Assembly (NCBI GenBank): GCA_035084275.1
Contig: CM068757.1
Location: forward strand, 3,100,001 to 3,164,000
Length of the DNA: 64,000 nt
Direction: 5' to 3'
DNA from: Hydrolagus colliei
Taxonomy: Eukaryota
Positions 37,714-51,081 of the stretch are shown in pieces; within the stretch, counting starts at the first letter, position 1; each line of letters starts with the position of its first letter. Both the position numbers and the translations under genes were made by a program. The notes beneath the pieces were generated by a model. It did not search any database. It was not told where the DNA came from and saw only the letters and a list, made by a program, of their open reading frames with translations.

Positions 37714-40700
37714 AAAAAAGGACGTGCTTCACAAATATGACGGGAGTAATCTTAGTACAAAACATACAGTAAGTCTTTGAGAAATTTCTAAAGAGCACCT
37801 TTGTTACAAGGATGGGAGCAATATGACTGGGTCTCCATTGGTATTAATGGAGCAGCAGTTTTGAGCCCTCAGTTAATCTGATTCATCTTTACAATATTGC
37901 ACAAAAAAGTTGCTGATTGATCTTCAAAATTTTATTACAATGCTTAGTAATGATCCCATTAATAATATATCCAGTTTGCAGTCCTCGGAGACCTATTGAA
38001 TGAAGTTTAATTTGCCAAATGTAGCCCTGTCATTTCTTAAATTCATTTGCAATGATCTCCAGCCAGTAAATTGATGCACTGTCCTGCTCTGCTAAAACCG
38101 TAGCATTTACAGATCCTGCATATATTTGTGCATTACTAAATAGCACATTTAAAATTACTTCAAATCCATTCGTAATAGCCCATTAATGGGAATTAGGCTT
38201 GTATACAGCTGTTGCAGAGGTCAGGGATCATGTTTTATGGATGAAAAGTGGTTGATAGCTTTGAAATTGGTCAATGGAGATTCACTATTCAGTTCATTCG
38301 TACATTGTCCCATTGGACCTCACTGAACTTCAAACACAGTTAGGGAACAAATTTATCAGTGAAGATCTAAGCATAAAACAGTTCTAATTTTAGTGGGCTC
38401 TTGCTCCCACATTACTGCACTCCTAAAATGCACAAGATCCTTCCTGAAAAATTATGTGTCAGATCTGAAGCATTTATAGCATTATTGGATGTTTGTTTTG
38501 GAGGCTATTTAAATGCACAGAGAACACTGTACTGCTTTACGCACTATGTATATGAAGTGGTGCCAAGGACATAAGTTTTAATAGTAATGTAGGACTGGAG
38601 CAGTGTTTAGCATATCTGCACATAATACTGAGAAATTGATAAAGGCAATATACTCCTGTTTACTGGTGTGTGTTTTTGGGGTTCAGCTGGGTATCTCACA
38701 CATGTGGAAATCCATCAGCGTGCAGAAGAATATCTAAAACAGACTGAGAGTTCCACACGTACATGCCAGCTACATCTGAACAGTTTTCCGCATCTGGAAC
38801 GGATTGCGCTTTGTACACTGTGTTAGGTTTTTGTTATAACAATCGTCCTTGCATTTGTTGTTGCGCATTTCGCATTGGGAGGTGGACTCAAAAATGACTC
38901 AGAATTGCTTTGGAGTACAGTGCACAGATTGTTATTCGATGAAAGCAGCTGGAACCTTCGTGGGTATGGTATCGATGCACATAAAGGTTGCTCCATTCAT
39001 TTGGGATTCGGTTGTTGGTTGTAGGATGCAAAAAGAATGCCTGGAGCCAGAAATGTTGACAGTGGTCAAGCTTATTTCTCGACAAGAAGCATCAGATCAT
39101 TATATGCCATTATCTGCAGTTTACAGCTATTTCTCATCAATTACTAGTCTGTGCTCCGAGAATTTCAGCTGAAATCACTGTAATTGTTAGTCTGTCCCAG
39201 TTCAGCCATTATATCTTGAGCCTGCCATGCACTTTGTTTCCTATGGTTTTCTTATTTACCATTCAAACATGTTCCTTTTATGTAACAGACGAACAAATGT
39301 TTGCTAGTATTGAGTATGAGAAGCTAAACAAATATGAATTAGTTAATGCCTGATCCAGAGAGAGAGAGAGATGATTCAACATTCATAAGGATGAATGTAA
39401 AATGCCGTATGATATTATTTAGAGTCCAACAGCACAATATTTGTTAAATTTTATTGCCTGTGTACAGGTTGTGCCCATTCATATTTATCATACCATTGAA
39501 GTAATTGCATTACCTTGTAAAGTCCAAAGCTTATTAAATTCTCAATGTTAAATACAAATGTGATATGCACAGTCTGGGAACTGGATTGTCATTCAAGCTG
39601 CACATCAGTCAAGATGCACGTTTCTCAAAGGGCAGATTCAAACACTGCAGTACTGTGCAGAATGAGTAATAACCTGTGGTTCAGTATTAAGAGTCCACAA
39701 CCTGCACTGAGCTGGAGACTGGCAGAAATCAACACGTAGGGCTGATTTTGTCGGCCAATATGCCTCGCTTTCTTCGCATAAGTGCAAGGTATTGGCGTTG
39801 TAGATCACTTGGTATGCTGCTTTGTGATGCCGTATCAAATATTAAAGTTAACATACCACAGGACTTCTGATACACTTGGTAATGTGTGGCCTATTGCCAG
39901 GAAGTAATGCTCAAGGAATCTAATTTCTAATATTCATTACGGGCAGCTCTATCTATCAACCAATAGTGTACTGGGATAAATTTTGTGGTACTGCATTTCT
40001 TAATTGAGAGGTCCAAACGGGAACTCCTGCTGGCAGCTGGAAGTGTAACGCACACTTCACTCCTACTCAAGAGGAACCTGCTCCAAAAGTGAATTAGGTT
40101 GGAGTGATGTACCCAACGTGTAATAGATTTCTTAATCAAGACATTAGATTAGGAAACACAGCAAAATTGTCCCCATAGTTTCCAACATGCATCAACATGC
40201 ATCAAGATATTTGGCACATCCAGGTTATAAAGTGGTAAAGTGGTATAATTTTTGGTTGGCCCCGACAAAAAAAATAATTGTGCACATAGCATAAATGTTA
40301 ATGTGCATGTTTTAAAACACTTTAATCATTCTTAAAATATTGTCTTTTAAGTAACAGACCAACACATGTTTTCTAATACTGTATTAAGTGGGAGAAGGTA
40401 AACAAATTCGAATGAATTAATGCATGACCCAGAGAGAGAGATAAATGATTCAACTCCTAAGGACATTGTGCGTATCGCACTATTTTTGTTGCATCTCTTT
40501 TGGAATATTTATTCCAGCCAACTTGTTTGTTGGTAAATTTATATATTATAAAAAAATTGAATGGTACTCACTCTGGCATTGAGGGTTGCTTTAATGTCTT
40601 GCTCTGATGAAAGCACTCTCAATGTTGAATTGAGTACACTTAGTGTTTTCCACATCGAGGCCACAGCTGAGCCAGGAAATCATAATAGGTTTTAGGTCCA

Positions 40701-40861
40701 GCAAGAAAGTGAAGCATTTATTGGATTGTATTATGATTCGAATTACACAATATTCAATTGCTGTACAGATTAGCAATAGCACCTAACTAAGGGCTAATGT
40801 TGTATGGTAAAGGATCACTGCACCCTCTAGCTAGGAGGAGCTAGAACCATCTCAGCCTTTA

Positions 40862-41025
40862 TAATTCTAATCCTTGCATTTGATATAGCGCCTTATCACG
40901 TCTCCGAGGCATCTCAAAGAGCTTCTCAGAATATACTGTGAAGTGAATTGACTGTATAGTTTGTGGGAGAAATGTGGTAGCCAATTACACACACCAGTGT
41001 CCCACAAACATTCATGGATTGAAAT
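40862..41025 (-). mobile_element. SINE 3' half
   Basis: TCCTTGCATTTGATATAGCGCC...CAGTGTCCCACAAACA. Confidence 0.82.
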
Positions 41026-42799
41026 GCACAGAGGAAAATAAAATACTAAACTTGGGGCACAACCAACATCCTATAATTTGCTGTATGTCATTTAAAGTAT
41101 CCCTAGACAAGCAAATAAACAACGAGCACGTACAAATTAAATACGTATTGGGGCCTGTTTGTTCTGTTGAGGACTCTTACAAAACTTTCTGAAACTTTTT
41201 AGCAAGTTTGGGTTATAGCTCTGAAGTTGCCAGCTATGGGTTCTAACTGTAAACGTAAGAAATTTGTTAAATTATACTGGATTCTCAATCACTGCCATGT
41301 GCAGGATATTTTGATCATTTTCCCAGTAGTAATTGCTTTTTCGTTTTGGTTTGTTAACATTGCCCATCATTATTCCTCACGTTAAAACCTCTGCACGTTT
41401 AATCATTCGAGCATTTGCATGTCGTACAGATGGAATATGGTGGAACTTATCCGTATTTCTTTGTACTGTATATGTCAAATTAAATTAACTTGACCTCACC
41501 TTGTCGCTGGGGATGAAAGGATTGATTCAAATTCAACAACAAATTTTATTAGTTCAGCTAAAAATAGGAATTTCTTCCGAATTAACTTCATAACAGAGGA
41601 GTGACATTTAATATTTCCAAGACCCAGGCAATCACTCAGACATTGGGGATAGTGATATTAAGTACATTGTCATCTCAGTGACAGATCATCGTCAACTTTG
41701 AGAGTTTTCAGCTTGATGGGATATGGCATGTCCCTGTTAACTCGTGGGGAATGAAAAAGCTAAGTCTAATTGCAAAAAAACGTAAGTGCTGAAGAAAATG
41801 TACGACAATAAAGTTGACTTTTACATTGTGAAGCATAGAGGCAAACTAAGCAATTACAAGATTTATGTAGAAAGTGACCTCTATATATTGACAAGTAGGT
41901 AAAGGCTACTACATTTCACCTCTATTTATATTAATTCACTTCCCCTTTGATTTGAATGTTACAAACAAAATGACACTTTTTCCTCCCTCAATGTGAAAAC
42001 TGGCTTGATTAATTTCCCCGCAATGATAAAAAATGATATTCGTATAATTTTCATGGAACCCATGCTAGAAATACAATTACTGTCATCTCCCTTGTTATCT
42101 CTTGAAGTCATACTGGAGTTTCAATTTATTATTTTCCTTTACCAAGTGATATTACTGCCTGCCAAATATACCAGGATTTTCAACGAAATGAATTCATTGC
42201 ACGACGGTCCAAGTCTGTTCATCAAAGTTTAATTTAGTTCAATCTTTCATAACTCATTTTAAATTTGTATCAAATGAATAGAAAAGCATAAGGTGGTCTT
42301 AAATCACATTTAATTGATACAATAGGATGCACAAGTGACTTGTTTACTTCTGGAGAACCACAGCTTGCTCGTGTCCTGAAATGCAATGTAAGTCAACCAT
42401 TTCTAGATATTCACAGTGGATTTTCCCTTTTCCTTTAAGAAAGAAGGTTTATTTTTTTTAAATATTTAAGTTGATATCATTGCTCCACTTTCAGCAGTGA
42501 ATTCAGTAGTTTTTTTTAAACCATGACTAATTTCATGAGAAGCTTGAGTCAGTGTTACAAATCTCATGATCCGCATCACAAAGCACATCCAGCCATTATA
42601 GACAACCATTAGAATTGCGGTAAATTAAGCCTCTAATTGGGGAAACAAAAATGACTCATGTATAGCAACATTATGAGTGGGATACATTGTCTATAAGGCC
42701 ATAATGTGCTTGAGGATGCTGATCATGAAATCGGTATCTCCATGACTTTCATCTCAAAAACCTGACCAGAATAGAGAAGTAAATGTTCAGCAAGTGCAA

Positions 42800-43010
42800 G
42801 CACTAATAAAAGGAGCATTCACCACATCAAAACAATTTTGTTGAGGCAGAGTCCATAAATTCTTTAAAAAAGTAATTGGATACTTGAAAAAGTAAGGGTT
42901 ATAGGGGTGAGTGAGCGGAATTACATGAGGAGGCTCATATGCAGAAAAACGTTAAGAGCAGATATAATGGGAACAAATGGCCTGTCTCTGTTTGGGTCAC
43001 ATTTTATGAT
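42800..43010 (+). mobile_element. CR1 3' end remnant
   Basis: GTTGAGGCAGAGTCCATAAATTCTTTAAAAAAGTAATTGGAT...ATGGGAACAAATGGCCTGTCTCTG. Confidence 0.6.
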
Positions 43011-43456
43011 TGTAATGGTTTTACATTTGCAGAGAGATCAGACATTGTGGGAGTAATGTCTGATGAGGACAGTGACTAGACGATAAGAATGGCTATGAAC
43101 AGCAATACCCATTTTTTTTTAACTGACCATTGATCCCTTAGCAGGTCTGAGTAGAGAAAATAGTTCTCCGTAGAGGTAGGTATTCAACAAGTTGAAAAGT
43201 AATACAACAACAAAATTTATTTTCAGAGTGCCTTTCACGTCGGGAGGCCATCCCAACATGCTGGGATGCCTAAAATAACAGACATACAGAAGTGGACAAT
43301 ATGATCTTGAAAGAGTCCAAGACACTAGTTACCATTTCTCTGTCTAGTTTTAATGGCAGTTGAAGTACAAAGAGCCGCTAAAGAAAGCGCAAGTAGGACA
43401 TTGTTGGTATTGTTTGATATTTAACACCCAGTTTTTTTTATATTCCTTCCTCATAG

Positions 43457-43574
43457 ATGGGGTTATGAAGATTTGGAAAGAAAACTTAAGCAGATTTCTA
43501 TGGAAAAAAGCAACCTTCTCCATCAGCTTTCAAAAACTGCAACGGAACTGGAAGGAATTAAAGGGAATCTTCAG
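43457..43574 (+). CDS. LUZP2: LUZP2-like coding exon 2 (R-WGYEDLERKLKQISMEKSNLLHQLSKTATELEGIKGNLQ), 118 nt
   Basis: Polypyrimidine tract plus TAG acceptor (ttccttcctcatag). Donor CAG|GTTAGA. Aligns without gaps to recalled human QDYEELEKQLKEVFKERSTILRQLTKTSRELDGIKVNLQ. Confidence 0.9.
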
Positions 43575-44699
43575 GTTAGACACTTGGTGTTGCAAAATCT
43601 TCAAACTCATTAATCACTGCATGGCACATCATTCGCAGATTCCTGATCTTAGCCTCCAGTTTTCACACCACATAAGTATCACTAAATACTACACTGGGAA
43701 AAATTTGTAGAATGGATTTAGTGGAGAAAGGAAACATTGAAGGAATTATCCTCAAATTTTTTTTCCAAATGGATAATGTGCAACTCATTCACAGCACTTC
43801 AAAGAGAAATTGTAGTGAACTAATGGGTTTATTCCCAAACAATAGTTGCTTCAAAGCAGAGAGCTGCCGAGACCAAATCTGATACATTTCTCTAACCAAA
43901 CATCAGACATTTCTTTGCTGTTCTGTTTGGAGTTTGCATTTCTTAAGGCAGGGAGTGCATGTGTCTGAGAATAGAGAATAACTTCCTTTATGTACAAGAT
44001 AAAGCACTTCCAGGTGCTGTACGGATACAGCTGCAAGCATTTTATTCCTTCCGAATATTCCCTTATCTTGGTACTGTACCTGCAATCCTGTTCACTTTTA
44101 CCCAATAGCTTCCATCTGTACTGACTGAATCGCATTTGCCAATTACTGGCAATTAGTTCTGCTGCGAATTGATTGCTTTTACTAATGAGGTAGAGATTGT
44201 TCCTATCCACTTCGTGAGCACCCCTTGATGATCATAACTGAAATTATTCTGCCCAAATAGGATTCAAATTTTGTCAAGAGTCAAAGAGTATTGTGTTCTA
44301 TTCCACTGCACACTATTATGTGCGCACTATTATGTTACCTTTGTGCTTCACGCTAGATTTTCATAAGAAATAATGGCAAAATTGGAGCTGGCATTACCAC
44401 AGGAAGTGAAACTATATTATTTAATGTAATTACCTCAAAACCTTGGGGCATTTGCGTTACCTGCCACTTTACAGACCTTGAAGTTATTCTCTACTACCTA
44501 ATAAAGGCAGAAGTAATGAAGCCGTAATCATGTCGATTCTTCTTCTCCATAATCTTCCTGGAACAATTTGGCCTCTTTGTATTCCACTGGAGACGTGCAG
44601 GAAATATACCAAGTAAAGTGCCTCAATTACTTGCTATAAAACTACTTAGTAACTGCAGTCAGCAATCCAACTTGGGCTGCTGCAAATTCAATCACAAGA

Positions 44700-45300
44700 T
44701 TTGGTTAAGATGCAGAAAGTCCTTTAGCCCATCAGATCTCCCTTTCCAGCACACTCGCCCTTCTATCTTCCCACCACAGTTTCAAACTTTTATTTAAAAA
44801 AGAATATACGACACTAGAATTTGCTAGCCAAAAGAATGTGAAGGTCCACCTAGTTTGCCTTTGACCATCCTAGCAGTTGCTTGACATGGCATGCCCCAAA
44901 CTAAATACTGTATCTGGAGGTATTATTATCTAGTATAAATCTATCTAATTTTTTCTTGAAACAAATTACATATTCTGCCTCCACTGGGGACCTGTTTGTA
45001 TGTTTGCTACTTGCTCACTGAAGTAATGATTGTGCAGATTTGTTCTGAATTCACCTCCCACCCCACTTCAATCAGAGGCTGTGTCCTCTGGTTCTACTGT
45101 TCAGTATATTAACAACAGTTTATTATGATCTATATGATCTAATCCCTTCTGAATTTTAAAGACTGTAAACCATGTCGCCCCTCAACCTTCTCTCGCGCAA
45201 ATCCAGTCCTCCATGCCCTCAATCATTTTGGTGGCCCTCCTTTGTATCCTCTCAATCACTGCAATATCTTTTGCTCTCAATTGCTTCAATATCCTTTTAC
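44700..45300 (-). mobile_element. Degraded CR1 3' remnants
   Basis: ATCTATCTAATTTTTTCTTGAAAC...CTGCCTCCAC and AAGACTGTAAACCATGTCGCCCCTCAACCTTCTC (antisense RRLRGDMV.VFK). Confidence 0.55.
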
Positions 45301-47335
45301 AGATGTACTCTGGCCTCAGTTACCCTTCTTGACAACCGGACCCAGTCACCGTTCACAGCTTTACACACGCGGAAGAAAACAAACTGCTTAGAAAGTTGTC
45401 AAATAAAATATGTCGGGCAGCGGAGAGAAAAAAAAGTTGGATATTTTACTTTACTAATGTTGACAAGTCCATCTGTTCCAACAATCCTTTTTCAGATCAA
45501 TTCTGAAAACAACTACCCCACCTACACTGTGTGCTGTGCCAGTGGTTTGGTTTTCATTATTCAGGCTAGAATAGTATTGTCCACCCCTTATTCCACTCTG
45601 AGATTCATCATTACTATGGAAGCACGTCACTGTCATTTGGTTTATCCATTATTATGTGTTGTGGGTGTCAACTGCATGAATGCACATAACAGTCCGCAAC
45701 ATCCAAATATTCATGACTAAATTTAATTGCATGCACAAAGCGGAGGCGAGATATTGTTTCATTAGGAATTTCATATTTCCTGGTAAGAAAAACAATAATA
45801 GACATATTCCTCCCGATTTTGACTTGTGTTTGTATGTAATGGCAGAATTCATATTGTATTTATGTGTAACTCAAAATATGTAAATCAGTAAAAATGATCG
45901 TTTTTGATTTAAGCAAATCTGATCAAATATTAAATAGTTGTTAGATTTTTTTTCTCAACACAATTCCTGTAAAAAGCATCCAACATTCTCGTTCAAATGG
46001 ACTAGAATGAATGCAGTGCAGTTCTGCCTGAAGGATTAAAGCAATCTGACAGTAGACTTCAACATACTTTGTAATGGGATTTCAGCTATAATGAGACATA
46101 ACAAGAGTAGAAGTAATGAATAATTTATAGTTAAGCCTTTTCCTTCTCTGACTTATACTGTAAATACTATTGATGTTGTCTAGGTGCACATGCATTACAG
46201 GAAGTATTGAGTTCCAATTTCATGCAATAAGATATACAGTAAAACATCCTGTTGTAAAGTTCTCATTCACTTTTAAAGCAATAAGGCTTACATTTAATGA
46301 GCATAGTTATTGAATTCTGCTTTCAACAATTTATGTCTGCAACCAGGCAGTATGGTGGTATTGCCAACAGATTTGAGATGTGCCTCAATTTCTGCTTTTA
46401 TTTATAATTTAAAGTGATTTGTACTTGTTTGTAAGTGACTATATCTTAATAAAACTGCATTAAATTGTGAAACCTAACTTCCCTTTTTGCTTTCCTTTTT
46501 TTTAAATATATACTAAACTGGATGATGATCAGCTCACAATCAAGATACTTTATTTCAAAATTGTTTTTAAAGACAATTTACAGTGTCAAATATGCAAGAA
46601 CATTTGCTTTAGGAATACCAAGACTGTTTGGATCTGTGAAGCTCTATGCTCTAGAATATTTATATAGAAAATATATATTTTATTGGATTTGCTTAAGTTA
46701 GCACCTCGGGAGGTCCTCCCTATGTGAAAGGCGCTATACAAATGTAACTTATTGTTAGTCGTAGTCTGACTGGATATGCGTTTAATCTCAGAATGGTATA
46801 TTGCCTTACACATCTCATTGATACGTACATCTTCTGTAATTATTCCAGAAATTTGGAAGTTAATTAGAAACAAATAGCATCGACTAAATCATTGGATGTC
46901 AGAGTCATTAAAATGCTAAATCATTTGGTCGTATTCCTTTTCACACCAGTATTATGAAACAATTAAATTATACACGATTTGCATGTGATTACATTTTTAG
47001 GAGGTTACCATCAGCATAAACGTCCTTCGTTTTTCAGACAGAAACATTTCCCAATTTTGTTTTTGTGGGGAAAGTGCAGAACAATATTTTGCACTTATTG
47101 TGACACCATGAAAGAAAGAGGGACGTCTTTGTTTGTGAGAAATTTACATTAGCTTGGCAGAGTTGTACTGTGGTATTCGATATGAATGAATTACTGTTCA
47201 ATAAATATCTGTTTAAAATCTGATTTTTTTTATTTGTTAGAGAAAACATTAACTGTGTAAATTGCTCTGTGATGACAATCTCATTCATGTAATCTTTCTT
47301 CACTGTCATTTTTTCCCTATCTGAAACCCGATCAG

Positions 47336-47406
47336 TCCTTGAAAAGTTATGAAGCTGTTGCCAAAAATGATGTCCAGAAACTTTTGGAAATAAGTCAGAA
47401 GCAGAA
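47336..47406 (+). CDS. LUZP2: LUZP2-like coding exon 3 (SLKSYEAVAKNDVQKLLEISQKQ-K), 71 nt
   Basis: Acceptor atcag, donor AA|GTAAGT. Matches recalled human SLKNDEQSAKTDVQKLLELGQKQR. Confidence 0.92.
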
Positions 47407-47797
47407 GTAAGTCCCAGTTTTCTTTCCTGCTATTATCGTCAGAATTATTAAAAGACTTTGGAAAGTTAGTTAGATTATTTCCACTGGTGGTGAAAATACA
47501 ACAAGGGTCCATAACACTCAAGATTACTTGAAGCCTTAGAGGAAAGGTTTAAGATGTGTGACACATTACTGAAAGCGATTATTGTATCAGAACCAATTAT
47601 ACATTTAAAAAGGAATTAATTAAATCATGGATGTGTACACATTTATAAACAGTGTGTGGAAAGAGAACAGAAGTGAGATTAGAGTAGATAACTTTTGTGA
47701 TGTGAAGTCCAACCACAACAGCTTCCATCAGTACAACAATTCTGTGATTCTATGCATTGGCAAAGGCGTATCTAATGTAAGTCATATCATCTTATTA

Positions 47798-48012
47798 TAA
47801 TAATAATGCTAATAATCCCTGCATTTGATATAGCACTTTTCACGTCTTCTAGATGTCTCAAAGCGCTTCACAGAATATACTATAAAAAGTGAATTAACTG
47901 TATATTTGTATGGTGAAACGCAGCAGCCAATTGCGCACAGCAGTGTCCCACAAACAGTCGTAGATTGAAATGACCAAGTTATTATCGTTTTTTTGAGGGA
48001 TGATTATTATTG
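47798..48012 (-). mobile_element. SINE 3' two-thirds
   Basis: Well-preserved tail and body; no tRNA head. Confidence 0.85.
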
Positions 48013-48579
48013 TGTCATGAATGGAGGTAAATATAGCTATGTGCTGCCCTTAAGAACAGGAATATTGGGTTAAAGATATGTTAAATGTGCGCTGAAGTAA
48101 GAAAATACACTGGTAACTTCTTTTCAGTGAATGAAATTTCACTAGCCTGAAAATATTATTTTATAATATTCGATGATATCAATGTGTAAATTATACTGAT
48201 TGTTAAATGGTCTTCTCTTGGCCCGCATTCTTGTAACATTAGTGAAAGCTCAATTTCTTTGAAATCTGCTCCAAACATAAATGTTGCAACTTTTACACAG
48301 CGTCAAACAAAGTTTCCAGTGGAGATTGAGTAACTTCTATGTGGTTATTATGTCACCGCAACTTAAATTTTTTAACACAATGAGCTCCATTGCTGATTTG
48401 ACTTTTACAACAGTGATAATAATCACTTACATTTGGGATAGTGCTTTTTGTGTTAGGCGGATATCTCCACACACTTCACAGCATGTAGTGTAAAGTGCAG
48501 TGACCGTGTGTCTTGTGAACAAACGAAAAATAAATAAACTTTAAAAGAGTTATCAGAAATACAGTCGAAGCTCACTGTA

Positions 48580-48706
48580 ACTGCTGTGCGCAATTGGCTG
48601 CCGTGTTTTGCCCCCCAAAATATAGTCAATTAATTTTATAGTATATTCTGTGAAGTGCTTTGAGATGTGGTAAGGTGTTACATCAAATGCAAGGATTATT
48701 ATTATT
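48580..48706 (+). mobile_element. SINE 3' half, in tandem with the next element
   Basis: CTGCTGTGCGCAATTGGCTGCC...CAAATGCAAGGATTATTATTATT. Confidence 0.82.
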
Positions 48707-48710
48707 ACAA

Positions 48711-49158
48711 TGGAGTCCTGTAGCCCAGTGGTTAGAGCACTCGCCTTTCAAGCGAGAAGCCTGGGTTCCATTCCCGGCAGGGTGAAACCTTGGGCAAGTT
48801 TCCTTACTCCACACGCCTGGTAATATACCCTCAAGAAATGAAACAATAATAATTTGGTCACTTTGGACTATTTGTGGGACACTGCTGTTGTGACTGTGTC
48901 TCATTGTGGTACACACCATATTGTAGTGACTTTATGTCTCAGTACCGGATACACTGTGAAGTGTAGTAACTGTGTGCCTCAGTGTAGGATACTGTGTGTC
49001 TCATTATGGTTACGAACTCCAGGATAATGACTGTGTGTCACAGTGTAGTGACTGTGTGTGTATCTAAGTACAGGATATATTCTATCCAGTGCCTTGGGAC
49101 ATTCTCCCAACGTGAAATGGGCTATATAAATGTAAGTTTGTTGTTGCTGTTGTTGCTG
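48711..49158 (+). mobile_element. Composite: SINE head/body + degenerate minisatellite + L2-type tail ending in (TTG)n
   Basis: tRNA-like head 48711-48780 and body to 48888. GTAGTGACTGTGTGTCTCAGT-like repeats 48889-49080. Tail CAGTGCCTTGGGACATTCTCCCAACGTGAAATGGGCTATATAAATGTAAGTTTGTTGTTG. Confidence 0.65.
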
Positions 49159-50757
49159 TACAGGGCATTCACAAATCATTGAGCAAACCTTAACTCACAT
49201 CTGGATTACATATCATTTGGGAAACTCGTATCCTGTGAGTTCCAGTAATTGCGGGGAAGGTGAAACATTTCTCTGTGTGTATACAAAGAGCTGAAGCAAA
49301 AAGCATGGGTTGAAAAGACTTGTCTGTGGCTATTGTATTGCAACCATTACTTCAAAGCTTATTGTTGTCAGTGAAAGTGAATTATCAGAGAGCTGTCGTA
49401 CTTCTCATGAGAAAATGTATTAAGCCTTTCAGAAGCTGAGGCAGGATCTAGCTATTGGACATTTTTCCTTTCAGTGGCCTGGCTCTGATCTTAAAGTCCG
49501 ATGATCATTTTGTTATTTATAAAGAGGCAACACTATCACCTTATTAGGTTTATATAACGCTGGGGTTTAGCTAATGCTAAATGTGGGTTTCTTGGTATGC
49601 AGAGACACGCAATTTTTCTTCGCAACTTGAGGGCATACCCATCACCAGTCTCTGCATCCCTATTGAGAGATCATTAAGATACGATGTTAACAATAAGAAT
49701 TTTGTTTGAAAGAGTTTAACATGGAGATTGCGAAAGCTTTCTAAATTTGCAACTGGAGTACAAGCCCCTTGTTGTAGTGAGATATCTGGGGGACAAATTG
49801 GCTATGAAGAGGATGTTTTTATACATTTAAAAAAAATCCCTCCTGAATATGCAAACCTTTCAGCTCTAGCAGAAACCTAACCCTGGAGGAGAAGGTTTCT
49901 GTTGCATGGCTGAGATTGGTTTGTGAAATGAGTTCAATGTGCACGAGGCTGCAAGGCATATGAATAAGTTGCATAGGAAAATTAGGAACCAAGAAAAATT
50001 GAATAAACTACAGTTGTTTTTCCTTCACCCAATGGTTATCCTACTGCAGACACAAAGGCACTACAAAGCAAGCCCCTGAATTTGACACTGTTGGACTGAT
50101 TTACTCATTTTCTTTGCTCGGAGGCTGCGTTCACATCTTGCCGAATGACAACAAGGATCATAAGCAAATTAGACTTGTTCATCATTAAGCCATTTGCAGT
50201 TTCGCCGCAAGGGTAACCATGACCCAGCCAGTTAATGTCAACAATTTCATAGAATTTAAGCAATACCAGATGAACCATACTTTAGACCAATAGTGAGTTC
50301 AGATCCATCCAGAAAATGAACAAAAATACCATACCGTGCTAATTCTGCAATCCACTTCACTTATATTTCTTGTTGTTCTATGTGTGCGAGAAATTAGATA
50401 ATTGAAACTTAATCTTATATCAAAGCTACAAGTCATGGGCATTTCATTTTTGTTCTGTGTGGATCTATTCCAGATCATATATAGAATCTTAAATATTAAT
50501 AACAATAAATATAACTCCTCGCCAAATGTTAAAATGCCTGAAAAACATCAATATTTTGTTCTCCAGTATGCCAATTGATGTTACGTATTCTGTACATGCT
50601 CCAAAGATATGATCAAGTTTCCCACTGTAAATAGCAAAGCAGTTGCAATACTAAACGGTTTGCAGCAAATATAGTGCTTAATATGTAACGTGGACTTCCG
50701 AAGGTTTTCTGCACTGCAGACAATATTTAGAGTCATCAGTTCCTTCTTTTCAATCAG

Positions 50758-50839
50758 GGACGAAATGAAATCTCTGCAGGAAGCCCTACAAAAGCAGGTC
50801 AATGAGGCGGCATTGAAAGCAGAGAAACAGCAGGCTGGG
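50758..50839 (+). CDS. LUZP2: LUZP2-like coding exon 4 (DEMKSLQEALQKQVNEAALKAEKQQAG), 82 nt
   Basis: Acceptor ttccttcttttcaatcag, donor GGG|GTAAGC. Matches recalled human EEMKSLQEALQNQLKETSEKAEKHQAT. Confidence 0.93.
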
Positions 50840-51018
50840 GTAAGCTATCCGAGACATGATGCTTAGAATCATTTCCTGGCTCCATTGCGCTAAAGAGATA
50901 AAAACTGCAGCTTTTGTAAAACTTTCTTTTGGTTTTTTTTGTAATTGTTCTGTTCAATGCTGCCGTAGTGGTGTTTTCGTTATGTAACTTTAGTGTTAAT
51001 GGTCTGGTCCCATCACAG

Positions 51019-51081
51019 ATAAACTTCTTGAAAGCAGAAGTGGAAAGGAAGACCAAACTGATAAAAGATTTACAGCAAGAG
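51019..51081 (+). CDS. LUZP2: LUZP2-like coding exon 5 (INFLKAEVERKTKLIKDLQQE), 63 nt
   Basis: Acceptor cacag, donor GAG|GTAAGA. Lies inside track ORF 50929..51123. Matches recalled human INFLKTEVERKSKMIRDLQNE. Confidence 0.95.

Noticed and set aside
38849-39172. Possible PIF/Harbinger transposase relic or hidden exon
   Set aside because: Only a vague GID.H-like resemblance, no consistent frame, and no splice phase that fits the gene.
43360-43710. 116-aa track ORF overlapping exon 2
   Set aside because: It is in a different frame from the LUZP2 exon and is a by-product of the coding composition.
45172-45720. Longest track ORF (182 aa)
   Set aside because: Begins in the antisense strand of a CR1 remnant, has no recognisable domain, and lies in intron 2 without exon support.
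48889-49080. CRISPR-like repeat/spacer array (also considered for 10298-10478)
   Set aside because: Vertebrate context, degenerate repeats of irregular period, no unique equal-length spacers and no cas genes.
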